Shown: positions 39,192 through 45,553 of the stretch, piece by piece | Numbering within the stretch: position 1 is the stretch's first letter | Layout of the letters: every line of letters begins with the position of its first letter | From: an uncultured Halochromatium sp. | Lineage (GTDB): Bacteria > Pseudomonadota > Gammaproteobacteria > Chromatiales > Chromatiaceae | Direction: 5' to 3' | DNA length: 45,553 bases | NCBI GenBank assembly: GCA_964617675.1 | Contig: CAZTYV010000002.1 | Location: forward strand, 1 to 45,553 | Notes under the pieces: generated by a model | What the model was told of the DNA's origin: nothing | The model's database searches: none | Seen by the model: only the letters and a program-made list of their open reading frames with translations | Position numbers and translations under genes: made by a program

Positions 39192-40643
39192 TCAGGCAGC
39201 GGCCACGGCTGGCGTGCCGCGCGCCTCGCGCAGACTCCCGGCGGAGACCGACTTGCGCACCGTCATCAAGACGTTGAACAGCATGATGATGGCACCGAGC
39301 AGGAAGATACCACCGCCGACCGCGCGCATGGCGTAGTACGGATGCATCGCGGCAACGGATTCGACGAAGGTATAGGCCAAGGTGCCGTATTCGTCATAGG
39401 CGCGCCACATCAGGCCCTGCATGATGCCGGACACCCACATGGCGACCACATAGATTACGGTGCCGATGGTCGCGGTCCAAAAATGGACATTGACCAGCTT
39501 CTCCGACCACATCTCGGTATGCCAAAGCCGCGTCATCAGATGGTAGATGGCGCCAATCGAGATGCCGGCCACCCAACCTAGTGCGCCGGAATGGACGTGA
39601 CCAATGGTCCAGTCGGTGTAATGCGAGAGGGCATTGACCGTCTTCAGCGACATCACCGGGCCTTCAAAGGTGGACATCGCATAGAAGGCCAGCGCAATGA
39701 TCAGGAAGCGCATCACATAATCGGTACGCAGTTTGTCCCAGGCCCCGGAGAGGGTCATCATGCCGTTCACCGCGCCACCCCAGGAGGGGATGATCATCGC
39801 CAAGGAGACCGCGGCGCCAAGTGAGCCGGTCCAGTCTGGTAGCGCCGTGTACTGCAGATGGTGAGCACCAAGCCAGACGTAGCCAAACATCAGCGCCCAG
39901 AAATGGATCACCGACAGGCGATAGGAGTAGATCGGGCGATTGGCCTGCTTGGGCACGAAGTAATACATGATGCCGAGGAAGCCGGCGGTAAGGTAGAAGC
40001 CAACCGCGTTATGGCCCCACCACCACTGGATCATCGCGTCCTGCACACCGGAGAACAGGCTGTAAGATTTCAGCATCCCGACTGGGATCGAGAGGCTATT
40101 GACCACATGCAGATAGACGATCATCACCATCATGCCGAGGAAGAACCAGTTCGACACATAGATGTGCGAGGACTTCCGGTTGGCGATGGTCATGATGAAG
40201 TTGAAGGTGAACGAGAGCCAGACGACGGCGATCAGGATATCGATCGGCCACTCCAGCTCCGCGTACTCCTTCGACTGGGTGAAACCCAGTGGTAGGGTGA
40301 TGACCGCCAACACGATGATGGCGTTCCAGCCCCAGAAGGTGAACCACGCCAGCTTGTCGCTCCAGAGCTTCACACCACAGGTGCGCTGCACCGTGTAGTA
40401 GGCGGTGCCCATCAGGGTACAGCCGCCGAACGCGAAGATCACCGCGTTGGTGTGGACAGGCCGCAGCCGACCGAACGAGATGTACGGATTATCGAAATTC
40501 AGAAACGGCCAAGCGAGCTCGGACGCGATGTAGACACCGACGGCCGCACCTACCACCAGGTAGACGACGGCCATAATCGTGAACCAGCGGACGACGTCGA
40601 AGTCGTATTTGCGCTCCGCGGCAAAGTCGGCTGTGGCTTCCAT
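39192..40643 (-). CDS. ccoN: cbb3 cytochrome c oxidase subunit I
   Basis: [40 protein letters not shown]; ATG at 40643. Confidence 0.98.
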   Translation of the reverse strand: MEATADFAAERKYDFDVVRWFTIMAVVYLVVGAAVGVYIASELAWPFLNFDNPYISFGRLRPVHTNAVIFAFGGCTLMGTAYYTVQRTCGVKLWSDKLAWFTFWGWNAIIVLAVITLPLGFTQSKEYAELEWPIDILIAVVWLSFTFNFIMTIANRKSSHIYVSNWFFLGMMVMIVYLHVVNSLSIPVGMLKSYSLFSGVQDAMIQWWWGHNAVGFYLTAGFLGIMYYFVPKQANRPIYSYRLSVIHFWALMFGYVWLGAHHLQYTALPDWTGSLGAAVSLAMIIPSWGGAVNGMMTLSGAWDKLRTDYVMRFLIIALAFYAMSTFEGPVMSLKTVNALSHYTDWTIGHVHSGALGWVAGISIGAIYHLMTRLWHTEMWSEKLVNVHFWTATIGTVIYVVAMWVSGIMQGLMWRAYDEYGTLAYTFVESVAAMHPYYAMRAVGGGIFLLGAIIMLFNVLMTVRKSVSAGSLREARGTPAVAAA

Positions 40644-40790
40644 AGACCCCCCAAACAGGCTGGGAAAAAGAGAGGTGAAGGGGCGCTCCAGCCCGATGTT
40701 CTGGTGGCATGCCGCATCCAGGCATGTGCCGCGCAACTACACTCGAAGAGGGGGCCAAAGTCAAGATAAGCGCGTCTTTTGAACGCCTCG

Positions 40791-40806
40791 GGTGAGGCAT
40801 TTCACA
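40791..40806. promoter_or_regulatory. CRP-like box upstream of ccoN
   Basis: GGTGA-GGCATT-TCACA, 9/10 to TGTGA-N6-TCACA. Confidence 0.45.
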
Positions 40807-40815
40807 CAGTTTTTC

Positions 40816-40829
40816 TTGACCCAGATCAG
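40816..40829. promoter_or_regulatory. FNR/ANR-like box upstream of ccoN
   Basis: TTGAC-CCAG-ATCAG, 8/10 to TTGAT-N4-ATCAA; ccoN operons are commonly FNR-family targets. Confidence 0.6.
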
Positions 40830-40923
40830 GTCAGCACGGACCCTGGCAAAGAAGGATAAGACCTTCTTTTCTAGTGTTTTTTGCCAAAGAGCGGTGTCCT
40901 GAGCGGGCCGCCCACCTGAAGCC

Positions 40924-41985
40924 TCACTTGAAGAAGGACTCGAGCGAAAAGCCCTCTTTCTCGAGGATATCGCGCAGCCGGCGCAGCGCATCCATCTGGA
41001 TCTGGCGCACCCGCTCGCGGGTCACGCCGAGCTCCTGGGCCACGCGCTCGAGCGTCGAGTGCTCGTAGCCATGCAAGCCGAAGCGGCGCTCGACCACCTC
41101 ACGCTGCTTCTCGTTGAGCTTCTCGAGCCAGTGATCGAGGTTGCTGTGGATATCCTCATCCTGAATGTCGTCACTCGGGTCATGGGCCGCTTCATCCTGC
41201 AGCATGTCCACCAGAGGCTTATCGGCATCCTTGCCGTACGGGGTATCCACTGAGGCGGTGCGCTCGTTGAGCCCCAGCATGCGCTTGACCTCGGCGATGG
41301 GCTTGTCGAGGAGCTCCGCCACCTCTTCGGTGGTGGGCTCGTGGTCGAGCTGCTGCGAGAGCATGCGCGTGGCCTTGAGGTAGACGTTGATCTCCTTGAC
41401 CACATGAATCGGTAAGCGAACCGTGCGCGTCTGATTCATGATGGCGCGCTCGATGGTCTGGCGAATCCACCAGGTCGCGTAGGTCGAAAAGCGGAAGCCG
41501 CGCTCAGGATCGAACTTCTCGACCGCCCTAATCAGGCCAAGATTGCCCTCTTCGATCAGATCGAGTAACGGCAGACCGCGGTTCAGATAGCGACGCGCGA
41601 TCTTCACCACCAGGCGCAGATTGCTGACGATCATGCGCTGGCGCGCAGCCTCATCGCCCTGCTGAGCGAGGCGCGCGAAGCGAACCTCCTCTTCCGCCGA
41701 GAGCAGCCTGGATTCGCCGATCTCGTTCAGATAAAGCCGGGTGGCATCGAGCTCGCTGTCGCCGGGTGCATAGCGTTTGGTGGGCGCATCGCTCGCTTGA
41801 GGGATATCGCCGATGCGCGAGGGGCCGCTTTGTGCCTCGTCATCCTCATCGCCTTCGAGCTCATCGGCCTCGGTCTCCGGGAGGTCCGAATCATCGAGGT
41901 CGGCATCGTCGCCATTGAGCAGGAGCTCGTCCTCGACGGGGAGGGAATCCGTATCCGGATCCTCTTCCGGGTTAGCCGCTGGCAT
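40924..41985 (-). CDS. rpoS: RNA polymerase sigma factor RpoS
   Basis: [51 protein letters not shown]; downstream of nlpD. Confidence 0.98.
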   Translation of the reverse strand: MPAANPEEDPDTDSLPVEDELLLNGDDADLDDSDLPETEADELEGDEDDEAQSGPSRIGDIPQASDAPTKRYAPGDSELDATRLYLNEIGESRLLSAEEEVRFARLAQQGDEAARQRMIVSNLRLVVKIARRYLNRGLPLLDLIEEGNLGLIRAVEKFDPERGFRFSTYATWWIRQTIERAIMNQTRTVRLPIHVVKEINVYLKATRMLSQQLDHEPTTEEVAELLDKPIAEVKRMLGLNERTASVDTPYGKDADKPLVDMLQDEAAHDPSDDIQDEDIHSNLDHWLEKLNEKQREVVERRFGLHGYEHSTLERVAQELGVTRERVRQIQMDALRRLRDILEKEGFSLESFFK

Positions 41986-42012
41986 GAATCCCCCTCGTTG
42001 CAGTCGATCGGC

Positions 42013-42780
42013 TCACCGTGCTGCCGGCAAGAACAGCAATGGATCAACGGTGGCGCCGTCGCGGCGGATCTCGAAGTGCAACATGGGCTGGCCAGCCGCC
42101 GACTGACCCACCTCTGCAAGCTGTTGCCCGCGCTTCACACGCGCCCCCTCACTCACGAGCACGCGGCGGTTGAAACCGTAGGCGCTCAGGTAACGGGGGT
42201 TGTGCTTGACGATAATAAGATTGCCGTAACCGGCGAGTCCACTGCTTCCGCTGTAGACGACCTCACCGTCGGCCGCCGCGCTGACCGGCGAGCCGGCCGC
42301 AGCGGCGATGCGGACGCCCTGTCGGGTCCGGTCGCTCGGATGATAACGCTGCGCCAGCGGCCCTGAGGCGGGCCAGGTCCAGGTTAGGCCCGAAGCCGCC
42401 GCCGAGCTTCCAGGTTTAGCGGCCGACGCCGCCGCCGAGGCGCCCGATTTGGCCGCGGTGCTCGAGCGCGCCGCGACCCGCTGCGTCGATCCCCCTGCAC
42501 TCGACCCCTTCGAGGAACCGCCGCGTGGCGCCTTCACGCGCAGCAATTGCCCGGCGTAGAGCGGATAGGGCGGCCCCAGATCGTTCCAGGCCGCGAGCTT
42601 ACGCATGCTGATGCGCTCGCGCTCGGCGATCTCGCTCAAGGTGTCGCCGGAGCGGATGCGATAGAAGCCAGGCGGCGCCGGGCCGTAACCACGATCATCG
42701 ACCGGCGCTAGCCCTTTGGTGCCGCAGCCCGCCAGCAGGAGCGCGACGAGCAGGACCGGCAACATCCCGAGACCTCGCAT
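42013..42780 (-). CDS. nlpD: LysM/M23 lipoprotein NlpD
   Basis: Lipobox LAGC, LysM GDTLSEIA, GYGNLIIVKH, LHFEIR. Confidence 0.92.
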   Translation of the reverse strand: MRGLGMLPVLLVALLLAGCGTKGLAPVDDRGYGPAPPGFYRIRSGDTLSEIAERERISMRKLAAWNDLGPPYPLYAGQLLRVKAPRGGSSKGSSAGGSTQRVAARSSTAAKSGASAAASAAKPGSSAAASGLTWTWPASGPLAQRYHPSDRTRQGVRIAAAAGSPVSAAADGEVVYSGSSGLAGYGNLIIVKHNPRYLSAYGFNRRVLVSEGARVKRGQQLAEVGQSAAGQPMLHFEIRRDGATVDPLLFLPAAR

Positions 42781-42790
42781 GCATCACGCC

Positions 42791-42946
42791 TCAGCGTAAC
42801 CGGATCACGAGCCCGATCAACGCCGCCAGGCAGACGCGCGCACCGAGACCCACCCGCGAGGCGAGCAGGAACGGGATCAGCGCCAGCGACATCACGCCCT
42901 TGGTGTCAGTGATCACAGGATCATGCAGGGCCGAGCAGACACGCAT
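42791..42946 (-). pseudogene. yqaA: Internally deleted but in-frame YqaA (DedA-family) remnant, 51 aa
   Basis: TAATG coupling to the pcm stop; [51 protein letters not shown]. Occupies the pcm-nlpD slot and keeps a PFLLASxVGxGAR DedA-like segment. Confidence 0.7.
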
Positions 42947-43635
42947 TAGACAACGCCCCCGAGCAAAGGCACAAAGGTAACAGGCTCCAGCACCTCGTGC
43001 TCGTAGGCGGGCCGCCGACCGGCGTGCTTCTTGACCAATCGCACCAGGACCTGACCACGCTCGGTCTGCAGCGGCAGGATCATGCGGCCACCGGGTGCCA
43101 GTTGCTCAGCCAGCCGTCGCGGGATCCCGCTCGCTGCCGCGGTCACCAAGATGCCATCAAACGGCGCGTACTCGGGCCAGCCCGCACTGCCGTCGCCGTG
43201 GCGCAGCCGGATATTGCGCAGCTGCAGCCGCTGCAATCGCAGCTCGGCACGCACCTGCAGCGAGCGGATGCGCTCGACGCTGTAGACTCGCCGCACCAAT
43301 CGGGCCAGCACCGCGGTCTGATAACCGGACCCGGTCCCGATCTCCAACACGGTCTGCGGCGGGTCGCCCTCGAACAGCGCCTGGGTCATGCGCGCGACCA
43401 TGTAGGGCTGCGAGATGGTCTGCCCCCAACCGATCGGCAGCGATGAGTCCTCGTAGGCGCGGCTCGCTAAGGCCTCGTCCACGAATAGGTGCCTGGGTAG
43501 CTGCCGAAGCACCGCCGCCACCGCGTCGTCCTTGAGACCCGCAGTCAGCAGACGTTGCACCAGCCGCTCGCGAGTGCGCAGCGACGTCATCCCGCTGCCC
43601 TCGGCGACAACCCCTTCGACCGGTGCCAGATTCAT
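42946..43635 (-). CDS. pcm: Protein-L-isoaspartate O-methyltransferase
   Basis: [28 protein letters not shown]; ATGA overlap with surE. Confidence 0.97.
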   Translation of the reverse strand: MNLAPVEGVVAEGSGMTSLRTRERLVQRLLTAGLKDDAVAAVLRQLPRHLFVDEALASRAYEDSSLPIGWGQTISQPYMVARMTQALFEGDPPQTVLEIGTGSGYQTAVLARLVRRVYSVERIRSLQVRAELRLQRLQLRNIRLRHGDGSAGWPEYAPFDGILVTAAASGIPRRLAEQLAPGGRMILPLQTERGQVLVRLVKKHAGRRPAYEHEVLEPVTFVPLLGGVV

Positions 43636-44381
43636 CGCAGCCCACCCAGCCATCGGTTGAGCGGCTCGATGGACTCATGCCGGGTTAGGTCCACCTTCAG
43701 CGGTGTCACCGAGACGTAGCCCGAGCGCACCGCATGGAAGTCGGTGCCCTCGCCCGCATCCTGCTCTGGCCCGGCGGGGCCAACCCAGAACATCGGGCGA
43801 CCGCGAGGATCGAGGATGCGCTCCACCGGCTCAGCCTTGTGTCGGTGACCCAGCCGGGTCGCGCGTATCCCACGCAGTTCCGAAAGCGGCAGGTCGGGCA
43901 CGTTGATGTTGAGGATCGTGCTCGCGGTGAGGGCACCATCGCCAAGTCCCCGGATCAGCTTGCCGGCCACCGCGGCCGCCGTCTCGAGGTGTTTCGGCTC
44001 GTGTGAATTGATCGACACCGCGAGCGCCGGTCGCCCGAGGAACCGACCCTCAGTGGCCGCCGCCACCGTACCGGAGTAGATCACGTCATCACCGAGATTC
44101 GCGCCATGGTTGATGCCCGCGACCACCAGGTCCGGCTCCTCGTCTAGGAGCCCGGTGATCGCGAGGTGCACACAGTCGGTAGGCGTGCCGTTGACGCGGA
44201 TAAATCCGTTCTCGAGACGCTCGGCACGGATCGGGACATCTAGCGTCAGCGAATTACTGGCGCCGCTGCGGTCGCGGTCAGGGGCCACCACGCTGAGCTC
44301 TGCAAAGCGCGCGAGCTCGGCGGCCAACACTTGGAGCCCTGGCGCGCGGTAACCATCATCGTTGCTGAGTAGGATCTTCAT
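43632..44381 (-). CDS. surE: 5'/3'-nucleotidase SurE
   Basis: [31 protein letters not shown]. Confidence 0.98.
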   Translation of the reverse strand: MKILLSNDDGYRAPGLQVLAAELARFAELSVVAPDRDRSGASNSLTLDVPIRAERLENGFIRVNGTPTDCVHLAITGLLDEEPDLVVAGINHGANLGDDVIYSGTVAAATEGRFLGRPALAVSINSHEPKHLETAAAVAGKLIRGLGDGALTASTILNINVPDLPLSELRGIRATRLGHRHKAEPVERILDPRGRPMFWVGPAGPEQDAGEGTDFHAVRSGYVSVTPLKVDLTRHESIEPLNRWLGGLR

Positions 44382-44518
44382 TGGCCTCCGGATGCCCGAC
44401 CTCGCGGCACGGCTCGCGGGATACTTCGCAGCCCCATCGATCCTTGCGCAGAGTCCGGTGTTAGCCCCGCGGCTTTGCTACAGTGGATAGTTGAAGCGAC
44501 GAAAACGCGAGAACAGAA

Positions 44519-45064
44519 GTGAACAATCGCCTTCAGGACGCTGATTATGCGCTCTTTCGCGCCGAAGTCGAAGACGCTGTTCCGCTCAAGCGGGAGAGCG
44601 CGGAGCCGTTCAAGGAGCGTCCACCCCCGATCCCGCGCCCGCAGCCACCCGAGGCCCCAGCCGAGGATCTCGCGCTGCTGTCAGAGACCGAGGTCGAGAC
44701 CCACGACGTGCTCTTGTTCGTCCGGCCCGGATTGCAGAAACGGGTGCTACTGGCCCTGCAGCGGGGGCAGATCGAGCCGAGCCTCGAGCTTGACCTCCAC
44801 GGCCTGACCGCCGACTACGCGGGCGCCTTGCTACAGACCTTCCTCGCTGATTGCGCCGCGCGTCACGTGCGCTGCGCCAAGATCATCCATGGTAAGGGGC
44901 GCGGCTCAGCGAAACGCCAGCCGGTACTCAAATGCAAGGTCAACTACTGGCTGCGCCTGCGAGCGGATGTGCTCGCCTTCTGCTCGGCCCCGCGCCACGA
45001 TGGAGGCACCGGCGCGGTCTACGTCCTGCTGCGCAACCCGAATAAGGCGCAGCGGCGCCGTTAG
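44519..45064 (+). CDS. Smr/MutS2-domain endonuclease (SmrA-like)
   Basis: LDLHG, IIHGKG, GGTGAVYVLL. Confidence 0.92.
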   Translation: MNNRLQDADYALFRAEVEDAVPLKRESAEPFKERPPPIPRPQPPEAPAEDLALLSETEVETHDVLLFVRPGLQKRVLLALQRGQIEPSLELDLHGLTADYAGALLQTFLADCAARHVRCAKIIHGKGRGSAKRQPVLKCKVNYWLRLRADVLAFCSAPRHDGGTGAVYVLLRNPNKAQRRR

Positions 45065-45089
45065 CGAGCCGCAGCAACCAAGGGCCAAG

Positions 45090-45136
45090 GCCAGAGTCGG
45101 AGCCAGAGTCGGAGCCAGAGTCGGAGCCAGAGCCGG
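45090..45136. repeat. 12-bp tandem repeat GCCAGAGTCGGA x3 plus a degenerate fourth copy
   Basis: Read directly, between the convergent smr and soxB genes. Confidence 0.9.
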
Positions 45137-45209
45137 CGGCGCCCCAACCGGCTCGGCCCCCGTACGGACCGAGCCCGAGGCCGCCGACCGGCAGCCGCCA
45201 TCGCTCGGA

Positions 45210-45553
45210 TTAGCTCAGGATCTCGCCGGCGTAGTCAGCGATCCCAGGATTGCCCTTGACGTTCTTGAGCTTCGGCGTGTTGAGCTTGTCGATCTTGACC
45301 GTCTTCACATCACGCAGGTAGGTGGCAACCGTCTCCCAAATCGGCTCACCCGGTGACTGACTACCAACCGTAGCCCATCCCGCGACAACATAGGTCTTGT
45401 CGGCCTCGACCTTGGTGCCGTCGTCGAGCTGCATCTCGGTGATGCGCTCGCCCATTCCGGCGGCCGGGTCGCAGACATAATCGAGCCCACCGACGCGGAC
45501 CATGTCGCCGCCCTGCTGCACGTAAGGGTCCTTGTTGAAGAGGTTGTCGCAGA
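45210..45553 (-). CDS. soxB: Thiosulfohydrolase SoxB, C-terminal part (partial)
   Basis: DNLFNKDPYVQQGGDMVRVGGL...VAGWATV...GEPIWETV...NPG; open to the window edge. Confidence 0.92.
   Translation of the reverse strand, partial: CDNLFNKDPYVQQGGDMVRVGGLDYVCDPAAGMGERITEMQLDDGTKVEADKTYVVAGWATVGSQSPGEPIWETVATYLRDVKTVKIDKLNTPKLKNVKGNPGIADYAGEILS

Noticed and set aside
40736-40764. Sigma70 promoter for ccoN (TTGACT-N17-TGTAGT, minus strand)
   Set aside because: The -10 lacks the conserved A, so it is too weak to call without TSS data.

Overview
High-GC chromosomal window, most likely from a purple sulfur gammaproteobacterium (Chromatiaceae-like; inferred from soxB, a DsrC-family gene and the cbb3 cluster). 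Most of it is core genome: the 3' part of a zrgA-type metal ABC operon; nudB-aspS-FmdB-yjgA; a 7TM-DISM hybrid kinase with a REC/degenerate-GGDEF partner; lapB-pyrF-galU; ferritin; a coiled-coil OmpA protein; a class III cyclase-PilZ fusion coupled to an APH/AAA kinase; pgl; a DsrC-like protein; the full ccoNOQP/ccoGHIS cluster; surE-pcm-nlpD-rpoS; smr; and the 3' end of soxB. The unusual part is 3.2-8.5 kb, an accessory hotspot with two interleaved pairs of direct repeats. These copy the 3' ends of both flanking genes (A-X-B-[MNT/HEPN]-A'-Y-B'), as if two alternative versions of one locus were stacked in tandem. Inside it is a solitary type I-E CRISPR-like repeat whose next 13 nt match the adjacent non-canonical Fic gene at 12/13 positions. 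Two small ORFs missing from the supplied track were found: a 45-aa membrane protein after ccoP and a 51-aa internally deleted yqaA remnant. No integrase, transposase, cas gene, tRNA or rRNA was seen. All family assignments come from motif recognition, not database searches.
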